Shown: positions 1 to 11,183, counted from the first letter of the stretch. The stretch is DNA of 32,000 nucleotides from Methanocaldococcus jannaschii DSM 2661 (GCF_000091665.1 NC_000909.1:730712-762711); one strand, 5' to 3'. Numbers and translations are program-made. Notes: a model not told the origin generated them from the letters alone.

Positions 1-93
1 ATGAAATCGAAGCGTAAGCTTCAAGCTACAAAACCGTAGTTTTTCAACTTTCTTAAAGTTTCTTACAGAGATATTTGCCGTTAGAGGGAAATT

Positions 94-1095
94 ATGAGAG
101 AAGCAATGTTCTATGAAAAATTAGATGACAATAAGGTTAGATGCCATATCTGTCCAAGACACTGTATTATAAAAGAAGGGGAGAGGGGTTTTTGTTGGAA
201 TAGAGAAAATATCAATGGAGTTTTATATGCTGTTGGTTATGGGAAAGTTTGTTCTTTAGCAATTGACCCAATAGAAAAAAAGCCATTATTCCACTTCTAT
301 CCAACAACTCAAGTAGTTTCTTTAGCAATTGGAGGATGTAACTTTAGATGTTTGCACTGCCAAAATTGGACAATTTCTCAATTTCCGCCAGATGAAATTC
401 CTTATAGAGAGATGACACCAGAAGAGATTGTTGAAGTTGCTATAAGATACAACTGCCCCGGAATATCTTACACCTATACAGAACCAACAGTATATTATGA
501 GTTCATGTATGACACTTCAGTTATAGCAAGGGAAAATGGAATGTTCAATGTAATGATAACCAACGGCTATATTGAGAAAGAGCCATTAAAAGCCCTTCCA
601 GTGGATGCAATGAATATAGATATTAAAGGGAATGCTGATTTTTATAAGAAAGTGTGTAAAGCTACGTTAGAGCCTGTCTTAGAAACCTGCAAATTAGCAA
701 AAAAATTAGGAATTTGGGTAGAGGTAACGAATTTAATTGTTCCTAACTACAATGACAACATAGATGATTTATTATTTATAATACACTTTGTAAGGGATGA
801 GTTAGGGAGAGAAACCCCTCTACACTTCTCAAGGTTTCATCCAGATTATAAACTAACTGATGTTCCTCCAACGCCTATAGAAACCTTAGAGATGGCAAGG
901 AATTTGGCTATAGAAGAGGGGCTTAAGTATGTTTATATTGGAAATGTTCCAGGGCATGAGGGAGAAAACACTTATTGCCCAAACTGTGGAGCTTTGTTGA
1001 TAGAAAGATATATATTCAACGCCAAAATAATTAATTTAGATGTAGAAACTAAAAGATGTAAGATTTGTGGAGAGAAGATTGATATAGTTTTATAA
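94..1095 (+). CDS. amrS: AmmeMemoRadiSam system radical SAM enzyme
   Basis: 333-aa ORF with radical SAM CxxxCxxC motif (CNFRCLHCQNW), N-terminal CHICPRHC and C-terminal CPNCG...CKICG cysteine clusters; purine-rich RBS 'gaggga' upstream of the ATG. Confidence 0.88.
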   Translation: MREAMFYEKLDDNKVRCHICPRHCIIKEGERGFCWNRENINGVLYAVGYGKVCSLAIDPIEKKPLFHFYPTTQVVSLAIGGCNFRCLHCQNWTISQFPPDEIPYREMTPEEIVEVAIRYNCPGISYTYTEPTVYYEFMYDTSVIARENGMFNVMITNGYIEKEPLKALPVDAMNIDIKGNADFYKKVCKATLEPVLETCKLAKKLGIWVEVTNLIVPNYNDNIDDLLFIIHFVRDELGRETPLHFSRFHPDYKLTDVPPTPIETLEMARNLAIEEGLKYVYIGNVPGHEGENTYCPNCGALLIERYIFNAKIINLDVETKRCKICGEKIDIVL

Positions 1096-1226
1096 TGTAA
1101 TATTTTTTATGATTTTGAGGATTATGAAGGTAGTTAGAGATTCAAAAAATGAGTTGAAAAAGAAAGAAGCTAAATAACTTTGGATAGGTTTTTAGACAAA
1201 GATAAATGAGAATATTTACTATTATA

Positions 1227-1643
1227 TTAAATTTTGAGATCTTTTTCTATCATTCGTATTTCTTGCTTAATTTTTATTATTTGATCCTCCATCATTACTA
1301 ATTGTTTCATTAGCTGTATATTTTTTTCTATTTCTCTCATAAAACTTTCTGCAAAGATCCTGCCAATGCCACTATGTGAATCAAGATATTCGCACATGTC
1401 TTCAAATGTTTTACTATAGATCATATTACTTCTGTTAGATTCTACTCTTAGTATATCAAATTCTATTGAATATATTTGTCGTTTTATTTTTTGAATCGTC
1501 TGATTTTGTTGATCTGATAAATTATTCTGCTCTATAATTTGTATTTGTTTCTTAATTTGTGTTATTTGTTGATTTAGTTCTTGTATCTTTTGCGTCATTT
1601 TCTCTCGAATTTTATCATAATCATTCTTAATCTCCTTAAGCAT
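1227..1643 (-). CDS. small coiled-coil hypothetical protein
   Basis: 138-aa ORF rich in Q/I/K/E heptads (QELNQQITQIKKQIQIIEQNN). TATA-like 'gagtatataaac' on the minus strand near 1750-1761. Confidence 0.6.
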   Translation of the reverse strand: MLKEIKNDYDKIREKMTQKIQELNQQITQIKKQIQIIEQNNLSDQQNQTIQKIKRQIYSIEFDILRVESNRSNMIYSKTFEDMCEYLDSHSGIGRIFAESFMREIEKNIQLMKQLVMMEDQIIKIKQEIRMIEKDLKI

Positions 1644-1847
1644 CTTATCACCACATAGGGAATTAATTATCCATATTCACTTTTCCCTAGATTTAATAAC
1701 TAAGTAGTGCAATAACTTTAACTTAATCAAGGACTTGTCCGCTTTTATTACATGGTTTATATACTCAACAAAAAAGTACTGTTCTAAAAGCGAAACATCA
1801 TAAGATATGCATTGATGGCATGTTATCTTAAATTATATTCTTCTTTT

Positions 1848-2105
1848 TTATTTAATTACGATATTTGCTGACTCGGGTATCCAATATTTATGTTGAATCC
1901 ATGACGGATTGACATATCTATCAGAAGTAAGTGTGAATGGTGTATTAGCATTCTGCACTTTTTGAATATTTGTCATATTATTGCTACTCCCCCAAATAGC
2001 AATTTTTCCTTTATCAGTTTCACATTCGATATATGCACCTTTTGAAACATATTTTATTGGGCTTATTTTTTTGACTACAAAGGTTATAGATTGCATTACA
2101 ACCAT
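1848..2105 (-). CDS. small hypothetical protein
   Basis: 85-aa ORF with plausible codon usage; no family recognised. Confidence 0.5.
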   Translation of the reverse strand: MVVMQSITFVVKKISPIKYVSKGAYIECETDKGKIAIWGSSNNMTNIQKVQNANTPFTLTSDRYVNPSWIQHKYWIPESANIVIK

Positions 2106-2312
2106 AATTCCCCTCTCTTTTTGATTTTAGTAGGTATCAAACATCAATTTTTGAACAATTATGCTTATAAAAATCAATAAAAATTCTATATCAAATTATA
2201 TAAATATATTACTAAATTGTTTTTTTTTTGCCACACTTTTCCACAATTAAAGAATTTTAAAGGTGTAAATCAACCAAAAACTATAACTATAATCAACACA
2301 AAATAACTTATT

Positions 2313-2816
2313 ATGGTGATAATTATGCCAACAACTTATGAGTTAAAAATTTACGGAAAAGTTCAACACGTAGGATTTAGAGATAGAATTGAAAATATTG
2401 GAAAAGGTTTAGGCATTAATGGGATTATTTATAACTATAAGGATGGGACTGTTAGAATCTTAGCAAACTTTGATGATGAGGAAGATAAAGAATTATTTAA
2501 AAAATACATTGAGAGGTTAGAAAAGAAAGATAAATTAATTGAAATTGAAAAAATAGAAGAAAAAAGATTAAATACTTACATTGAGTTTCCAGAAGGTATT
2601 AGTAGATTGTCCTCTGATGATATATTGGAATTAAACAAAAAATTAGATGAAGGAGTTAAATACATAAAGCTAATATTTGCTGAATTAGAAGAGCATAAAA
2701 AAGTGTTATTGGAAATTAAGGATATGCATGTAAAAACAGTTGAAATATTAAGTGAGCATACAAGAATACTAAATGAAATTAAAGACACTCTAAAGGATAT
2801 AAAAGATAAACTTTAA
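2313..2816 (+). CDS. acylphosphatase-like domain with C-terminal coiled-coil tail
   Basis: Acylphosphatase signature [36 protein letters not shown] followed by a ~70-aa coiled-coil extension. A GGTGAT RBS (2312-2317 region) precedes the internal start 'atgccaaca'. Confidence 0.85.
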
Positions 2817-2836
2817 AAATATTCTTTAAAAATATT
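2811..2836 (+). promoter_or_regulatory. tandem TATA-like direct repeat upstream of the C/D sRNA
   Basis: Perfect 13-nt direct repeat ctttaaaaatatt (2811-2823, 2824-2836). The first copy lies about 25 nt upstream of the expected sRNA 5' end and overlaps the upstream stop codon. Confidence 0.4.
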
Positions 2837-2897
2837 AACGCGATGATGAGTGCCGACTTCACTGAACTGTGATGAAACCTGGGACAGCTGAGCGTTA
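2836..2897 (+). ncRNA. archaeal C/D box sRNA (dual guide)
   Basis: TAACGC stem - C box ATGATGA (2843-2849) - 12-nt guide - D' CTGA (2862-2865) - C' GTGATGA (2869-2875) - 12-nt guide - D box CTGA (2888-2891) - GCGTTA stem (2892-2897). All boxes match consensus, with canonical 12-nt guides and a 6-bp terminal stem. Confidence 0.92.
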
Positions 2898-2940
2898 CTA
2901 TTTCTTTAGTTATTTTTATCAATTTTTATTGGTGGGAATT

Positions 2941-3546
2941 ATGAGACTATTAACCTTAGAAGAAGGAACTTTTGCTGTAAGATATGCAAGAGCAGTTATA
3001 GAAAATTATTTGGCTGGTAAAAAAATAGTTATAGAGAGTTATCCAGAGGTATTTAATGAAAAAAGGGGATGTTTTTGCACATTACATACTTATCCAGATA
3101 AAGAACTTAGAGGTTGTATAGGGATTCCAGAACCAATAATGCCATTAATTGAGGCTTTAGAGGAGGCAGCAATAAGTGCGGCAACAAAAGACCCAAGGTT
3201 TCCTCCAGTAACATTGGAAGAGATGGATAGCATCGTGGTTGAGGTAAGTATATTAACTCCTCCAGAACTTATTAAAGTTAATCATCCAAAAGAGTATTTG
3301 GAAAAAATAAAAATTGGTAGAGATGGCTTAATTATTGAATATGGCTTTTATAGAGGGCTTTTATTGCCACAAGTGCCAGTAGAGTATGGATGGGATGTTG
3401 AAGAGTATTTAGCTCATCTCTGCTTAAAAGCTGGACTACCACCAGATATGTGGCTGGCTGAGGGAGTTAAGATTTATAGGTTTGAAGCTCAAATATTTGA
3501 AGAGGTTGAGCCAAGAGGAGAAGTTATTGAGAAAAAATTGCTTTAG
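2941..3546 (+). CDS. AMMECR1 domain protein
   Basis: AMMECR1 motifs GCFCTLHTYPDKELRGCIG and SAATKDPRFPPVT. GGTGGG RBS at 2931-2936 precedes ATG 2941. The ORF-track start at 2869 lies inside the C/D sRNA. Confidence 0.9.
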   Translation: MRLLTLEEGTFAVRYARAVIENYLAGKKIVIESYPEVFNEKRGCFCTLHTYPDKELRGCIGIPEPIMPLIEALEEAAISAATKDPRFPPVTLEEMDSIVVEVSILTPPELIKVNHPKEYLEKIKIGRDGLIIEYGFYRGLLLPQVPVEYGWDVEEYLAHLCLKAGLPPDMWLAEGVKIYRFEAQIFEEVEPRGEVIEKKLL

Positions 3547-3643
3547 AATAGGATTTATTACAGTTTATATATTGAATAGGGTATTTAGATTCCCTTTTGG
3601 GCATCAACTTTCCCTTAAACATTTTATTATTGTGATTTAAGAT

Positions 3644-4963
3644 TTAAGATATAGATTTATAAATCTTCCTTGCCTCTTCATCTGCCAAATCATAAACCTT
3701 TATTACCTCATCAGAAATAGCCTTTAAAGTTTCAGTTGGGAATGTTTCAACAAACACAGAGATTAATTTAGCATTATACTCATTTTTAAACTTATCAAAC
3801 TCTTTTAAAAATACATCATTCACTTCAGCATAACCGTCAGTTATAAGCAAGATGTCAGCATTTTTAAATGTCTCATGCTCTTTTATTATACTCATAGCCC
3901 TATTCAACGGCATTATAAAGTTTGTTCCTCCACCAAAATATAATGATGCTATTTCAATTATTTCATCAAATGTTATAGTTTTTGGATTTATCTTCTTCTC
4001 AAATCTAACTCCATCATCAAAGGCAATGTAGTAGATATCTCTATTTTCCCTCTTGGCAATCTCTATTATGGATAAAGCAACGGCCTTCCCCCAAATCTCC
4101 CTATCTCCATACATTGAACCACTGTGGTCTAATAAAATAATTATAGGTCCTTTCTGCTTCTCCAACTTATTCTGAATATCATAGATTAAGAGCTTTTTAT
4201 CAACGAATCTTCTTAAAAAGTCATAATATAGAATCTCATCTGAAAGATTGACGATTTCTTTTGGAAGTAGATGCTTTAAATCCCTCCCAATTTTTGTTGA
4301 ATAAATTTCTCCAGAGTAGTGCTTAATCTTTGATTTATATTCATTTATAGCCAACAATCTCAACTTACCAAGTTTTTTAACAATCTCTCTAATCTTTTTG
4401 TTTTGCAAGATTTTATCTGCCAACTTTATCCTATCCTCTGGCGATAGTAGCTTTTTATCTCCCTCCCCTTTCCCAAAGTTTTCAACGGCATTGAATCCTT
4501 GTATAACTTCAGAAACCTCCTCTGCTATATCTTTCATAGTATTTTTGGCTATTTCTTTTAATTTATCCTCTAACCCCTCTCCTTTTCCTTCAGATGCAAA
4601 TTTCTTTAACTCTTTATTTAGTTTTGCAAGTTTTAAGTTTTCAAAGAATTTCTCACAGAACATTATTGTGGCAGTTCCAGCATTTACCTCATCCAGTTCA
4701 GTTAATAGCTTACTCTTCTCATACTCAATATTTTTTATAGCTCCCTCTAATATAGCCTTGTTTATCTTAAATTTTTCTTCAACATACTCATTGAATTCAA
4801 CAACATATTTAAAGAATGCATAAAATGTGTCTTCAGCCAATTTTTCATGAATTGGATGATATTGAGAATAATAACTAATGAGTTTTTGCAAATATTTGCT
4901 GTTCTTTAAAAATCTCTCATAAGCCTTTTTATCATAAGCATCGTGCTTTATAATGTTTTTCAT
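3644..4963 (-). CDS. von Willebrand factor A domain protein, ViaA-like
   Basis: MIDAS motif LLDHSGSM (DxSxS), with later GGGTNF and LLITDG motifs; partner of the adjacent MoxR ATPase. Confidence 0.85.
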   Translation of the reverse strand: MKNIIKHDAYDKKAYERFLKNSKYLQKLISYYSQYHPIHEKLAEDTFYAFFKYVVEFNEYVEEKFKINKAILEGAIKNIEYEKSKLLTELDEVNAGTATIMFCEKFFENLKLAKLNKELKKFASEGKGEGLEDKLKEIAKNTMKDIAEEVSEVIQGFNAVENFGKGEGDKKLLSPEDRIKLADKILQNKKIREIVKKLGKLRLLAINEYKSKIKHYSGEIYSTKIGRDLKHLLPKEIVNLSDEILYYDFLRRFVDKKLLIYDIQNKLEKQKGPIIILLDHSGSMYGDREIWGKAVALSIIEIAKRENRDIYYIAFDDGVRFEKKINPKTITFDEIIEIASLYFGGGTNFIMPLNRAMSIIKEHETFKNADILLITDGYAEVNDVFLKEFDKFKNEYNAKLISVFVETFPTETLKAISDEVIKVYDLADEEARKIYKSIS

Positions 4964-4966
4964 AAC

Positions 4967-6088
4967 TTATCCCTTCAATAACCCTTCAACATACTTTTTA
5001 AAGCCCTCTACCTCTTTTAAAACATCTTCAACAAGTTCATAAGGTTTGTTAGCCTCAATTGCTTTATTTTTAACATCTTTTAAAGTTATGGACATGCTAT
5101 TCAACTTCCCTAAAATCTCAAGGCATTTTCTATATTCTATTCCTCCCAATTTAATTCTATCTTTGTTGATTTTCTTTATCTCATTCATTAAGCTGTCTAA
5201 AATTTCCCTCTGTTCTAATGCAAATCCAGCAAAGTGATTTGATATTTTAAAAATTTCTACTGAAACCTTATAGAACTCATCTGGCTCATTCCAATAGATA
5301 TGCCTCAAAATGTCTAAATCATTTTCATCAGCTTTTTCTTTGCCGTTTAGATAGGCAAAGCACTTAACTGCTTTAACTGACTTCTTAAATCTCCTGTCAG
5401 AGATTCTTATTCCCTCACTTTCAAGAGACAATTTTATTTTAATTAAATCATCTTTTATATTTGAAATATCAACCTTTAACGCTTCATTCTGCATTTTTTT
5501 AACATCTTCAACATCAATTATAGTTTTTGGCTTATATTCTTCCTCTAAATCAATCAACTTTGAGAGATTTTCATAGCTTCTTATTCCCCTAACCACTTTT
5601 CTAAACAAAAATCTATCATAAAATGCTAATAACTCATTCTCTTCTGGTAGTTCGTTTGAAGCACCGAATAAACTTATCAAAGGAACTTTCTCAATCCTAT
5701 CTCCATTGTGATAAATCCTCTCATTGATTATTGATAATAAAGCGTTTAATATTGAACTGTTAGCCTTAAAAACTTCATCTAAGAATGCTATTTCTGCAGT
5801 TGGTAGATAACCAGATGTTTTTCTAACGAATCTGTCATTATCCTTTAACTCTTTAATGCTTAAAGGGCCGAATAACTCATCTTCGGTTGTGAATCTTGTT
5901 ATAAGTTTTTCAAAGTAGTTGGCGTTTATATGGGAAGCTATAGCCCTAATTAATTGTGATTTAGCTACTCCTGGATTTCCTAAAAATACAGTATGTTCAT
6001 TAGCCAAGATTGAAGTTAAAGCAATATCAATCTCCTCCCTCCTTTCTAAAAAATATGAGTTTAACTCCTCTCTGATTTTTTCAAGCAT
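4967..6088 (-). CDS. MoxR/RavA-type AAA+ ATPase
   Basis: Walker A-like FLGNPGVAKSQLIRAI, Walker B IAFLDEVFKAN, sensor motif LFGASNELPEE; 3 bp from the VWA gene. Confidence 0.9.
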   Translation of the reverse strand: MLEKIREELNSYFLERREEIDIALTSILANEHTVFLGNPGVAKSQLIRAIASHINANYFEKLITRFTTEDELFGPLSIKELKDNDRFVRKTSGYLPTAEIAFLDEVFKANSSILNALLSIINERIYHNGDRIEKVPLISLFGASNELPEENELLAFYDRFLFRKVVRGIRSYENLSKLIDLEEEYKPKTIIDVEDVKKMQNEALKVDISNIKDDLIKIKLSLESEGIRISDRRFKKSVKAVKCFAYLNGKEKADENDLDILRHIYWNEPDEFYKVSVEIFKISNHFAGFALEQREILDSLMNEIKKINKDRIKLGGIEYRKCLEILGKLNSMSITLKDVKNKAIEANKPYELVEDVLKEVEGFKKYVEGLLKG

Positions 6089-6098
6089 AATTTTTCAC

Positions 6099-6848
6099 CT
6101 AAATTTTATATTTATCTAAATAGCCTCTTGGTGTAATCATCTTGCCATTGATAATCTTTGTTGAAGAATTACCAATGATTAATATTGTATTCATGTCTAT
6201 AAACTCCAAGTATTTTTCTAAGTTTTTATAAAGATCTTTGAAGTTTGTAATTACAACTTCTTCTTTATTTCTACCAGCATTTTTAACTATCCCAATTATA
6301 TAATCTTTATCCTTTGCAAACTCAGCCAATATTTCCATAGCTTTTAAGAATGGTTCTTTCCTCCTTTTACTTAGTGGATTGTATATGCATATAACAAAAT
6401 CTCCCTCTAACGCACATCTAAACCTCTTTAATATTGTCTCTAAAGGGGTTAATAAATCACTAAAGCTTATAACAACAAAATCATGATTTAACGGACTTCC
6501 TAAGATTGCTGAAGCTAATGAACATGCGGTTATCCCTGGAACAACCTTTATATCTACGTTATAACCTTTAACTGCGTTTATCTCATAAGCTAACGAAGCT
6601 AAGCCATAAATTGTTGCATCACCACTTGAAACTAATGCAACATCTTTATCTTTAGCCTCTTTTAAGGCATAATCAACTCTATCAATTTCCCTTGTCATTC
6701 CAGTTGTATATATTGGCTTGTTAAGCCTCTCAACAAACTTTTTGTAATTTTTATAACACACTATTAAATCCACTTTATTTAAAATCTCCTCAGCCTCTTT
6801 TGTAAAATGCCTCTCATTACCGCTTCCTATACCTACAACATACAGCAT
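6099..6848 (-). CDS. cbiH: precorrin-3B/cobalt-factor III C17-methyltransferase
   Basis: Tetrapyrrole methylase features: VVGIGSGNERHFT, VSSGDATIYGLA, VVPGITACSLASAILGSPLNHDFVVISFSD. Confidence 0.88.
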   Translation of the reverse strand: MLYVVGIGSGNERHFTKEAEEILNKVDLIVCYKNYKKFVERLNKPIYTTGMTREIDRVDYALKEAKDKDVALVSSGDATIYGLASLAYEINAVKGYNVDIKVVPGITACSLASAILGSPLNHDFVVISFSDLLTPLETILKRFRCALEGDFVICIYNPLSKRRKEPFLKAMEILAEFAKDKDYIIGIVKNAGRNKEEVVITNFKDLYKNLEKYLEFIDMNTILIIGNSSTKIINGKMITPRGYLDKYKI

Positions 6849-6852
6849 ACTA

Positions 6853-8860
<2,008 letters not shown>

Positions 8861-8936
8861 CTGTATCACCATAATTTTTGTTATTAAGATAGATTGGAGT
8901 AACAGCAATTATTAATTTTAAGTATAGGCAAATATT

Positions 8937-9830
8937 TTATTTTATCATTGATAAAATTTCTTCAGATGCATCTGTTGGTTCTTTAAAGCCTTTATAAACC
9001 TCTTTAACTACCTTTTTTATAAACTTCTCTTTATTTTTATCAATTTTACAACTTTGAATGCATAGAGGACAGTAATTTAAATAATTCTCATCCTTTTTAA
9101 TTTTTATTGGAAAGAGTTCAAAAAAGTTTATAATCGTTCCTTTATTATATTTAAAAACTGCAGTATCTAAACAGCTTGTAAATACGTAGCCCTCTAAATC
9201 TTCTATAATCTTATCTTTTAAAAATCCGTAGGGAAAGGAATCAATAAGATTTTTTATCTTATCCTTTGTAATGTCTAATTTTAAAAATTTATGGCCTATA
9301 TCTTTATTATTTAAAAAATTAGCAATCTTCTTCTTGGTTTTATTTGGGATTAATGCTGGGAAATCATAAGTTATTGCTTTAACATTAAAAATATTTGATA
9401 AAATATCTAAGGCATATAAATCATATTGGCAGTGAATTAAGCATATAATATTCTTTTTCTCTTTAGGAATCTTTCTGTATAAAAAATAGTTACAGATGTC
9501 TTGGATAACTTCATCATCAAATAAAGATTTAATTGCCTTTACAATTTCTTCAAATAAAACTTTGTCAGTATAATCCTCAACCCTTATAATCTCAAATCTA
9601 TTTTTCATCTCCTCCCTTAATTTTCCAACTACCCAGCCGCCAGGTCCAATAATTGTTGATTTGTCAGTTCTGTTTTTTGTGTAAATAATTAAAACTTTCC
9701 CTTCTATCTCAATATCTACAATATCAAACTCTACCTTCTTCAGTCCTAAATCTTCTCTAATCTTTAAAACTCTTTTTTTAATATCATTAATTATCTGTTC
9801 TTTTAACTGCAATAATTGTTTGTCCTGCAT
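8937..9830 (-). CDS. KH-domain protein with possible degenerate PP-loop-like region and Cys cluster
   Basis: KH-type [15 protein letters not shown]; then [17 protein letters not shown]...; C-terminal [10 protein letters not shown]. Confidence 0.65.
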
Positions 9831-10407
9831 ACACCCTCTCTCCTACTTTAACTGTTATATTGTAGTTGGCTGGGATTATTACTGCTGTTTGAGAACCAAG
9901 TTTTATCATTCCTATTTTTTGCCCCATATTAATACATTCTCCCTCTTTTATGCTTAACCAGCATCTCCTTGCAACAAATCCGGCTATTTGAACCACTCCA
10001 ACATATTCAGAACCATTTTTTATAATCACTATATTTCTCTCATTTATCTTCTCCACACCTTCTAAGAATGCAGGGTAAAAACTACCATCAATATGTTTTA
10101 TATATACTATCCTCCCACCTATCGGAGCTCTATTAACATGCACATCCAACGGAGACATGAAGATACCAACAACATAGCATCCGTTTGGGAAGTATCTTGA
10201 AACATTTAAAACATAACAATTCCCATCTTTAAAAACCTCTGGATTTCCATTTTCGTAGAATTTTATATATTCAACAGTCCCATCAGCTGGAGATAAAATT
10301 ATGTTATTTCCTTTTGTTATTACTCTATCTGGGTCTCTATAAAAATAAACAGTAAATAACAGTAGAGAACAAACAGCTATGGCGAAGAATTTTTTATATT
10401 TTCCCAT
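9787..10407 (-). CDS. asd: archaetidylserine/phosphatidylserine decarboxylase-like protein
   Basis: [33 protein letters not shown] motifs and C-terminal [10 protein letters not shown] at the expected pyruvoyl-site position. 44-bp overlap with the downstream ORF. Confidence 0.85.
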
Positions 10408-10409
10408 AA

Positions 10410-11021
10410 TTAACCACCATGTTCTTCACACCACTTACATTTTTCATAACCAAGTGCCTTTGCATCATCTTCAGAATAAAAATATATTATATTTTCCTCT
10501 TTTAATCTTTTTCCATAAGGACAGTTTTTTGAAGTGTGGTATTTTTTTCCATACTTTGAAGCGTAGATACCTGTTGGTGTTGGAGATAGATAAATATCTC
10601 TCTCAAAGTTATTCTTTTTTAGAAGTTTGAAATCCTTAATATTATTTAAAATTATTTCATACTTCCCCTTATATAAGGTTACCCTTCCTTTAACTTCGAT
10701 ATAATCTCCTTCTTTAATCATAGGATTATAGCTTAGTATGTAGGTTAAAAGTTCTTCTCTTGTCTTACCAAAAGCAACAACATCCAAATTTCCAGTGCCA
10801 TCATTTATAACAATTCTTGAAATATTAATAACGTGTCTATATTTATCTCTTTTAACATACATCTCTTGGATATATCCTTTTATAACGACATAATCTCCTT
10901 CTTTTATTTCAGCTATATGCTTTTCTTTTGGTTGAATTGGGTTTAAAAATAGCCACGTAGTAGATATAATTACAAAACAAGTTAGAGCAAATAAAGTAAT
11001 GTTTTTTTCAGTTAGTTTCAT
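10410..11021 (-). CDS. membrane-anchored OB-fold protein with Ada-like Cys/His C-terminal module
   Basis: N-terminal TM (ITLFALTCFVIISTTWLFL), OB-fold (DYVVIKGYIQEMY...GTGNLDVVAFGK...GDYIEVKGRVTLYKGKYEIIL), then KYHTSKNCPYGKRLKEENIIYFYSEDDAKALGYEKCKWCEEHGG. Confidence 0.75.
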   Translation of the reverse strand: MKLTEKNITLFALTCFVIISTTWLFLNPIQPKEKHIAEIKEGDYVVIKGYIQEMYVKRDKYRHVINISRIVINDGTGNLDVVAFGKTREELLTYILSYNPMIKEGDYIEVKGRVTLYKGKYEIILNNIKDFKLLKKNNFERDIYLSPTPTGIYASKYGKKYHTSKNCPYGKRLKEENIIYFYSEDDAKALGYEKCKWCEEHGG

Positions 11022-11086
11022 TATATCACTTTAGAAATTCTTTAGTAACTTGCTATTTTTTAATAAGGCAGGATTATCCTAATAAA

Positions 11087-11143
11087 TTATAGTAATCTTT
11101 TTATAGCGTTCCAAATTAAAAAGCTTTGAGGTTTTAAAAGAAA
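11087..11143 (-). pseudogene. detached 3' end of an archaeal (PF01637-like) ATPase gene
   Basis: Minus-strand translation FLLKPQSFLIWNAIKRLL-stop, nearly identical to the end of the neighbouring ORF (SLKPQSYLVWNAIKMLL-stop). Confidence 0.65.
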
Positions 11144-11183
11144 CTTTTAGAAAAAGTTTCATCAAAATTGAATATATATCTTA

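Noticed and set aside
9-22. GAAGC-GTAA-GCTTC hairpin with GNRA-type loop at the window start
   Set aside because: The stem is 5 bp and the context is cut off by the window edge; it cannot be assigned to a known RNA.
2576-2788. Antisense ORF within the acylphosphatase-like gene
   Set aside because: Shadow ORF, low-complexity Ser/Asn-rich translation typical of the reverse of AT-rich coding sequence.
2869-2940. N-terminal extension MMKPGTAERYYFFSYFYQFLLVGI of the AMMECR1 ORF
   Set aside because: It overlaps the C/D box sRNA and lacks an RBS, while ATG 2941 has a good RBS and matches the family start.
9787-9830. 44-bp overlap between the decarboxylase and KH-protein ORFs considered as a frameshift fusion
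   Set aside because: Each reading frame is complete with its own family motifs; a short gene overlap is a simpler explanation.
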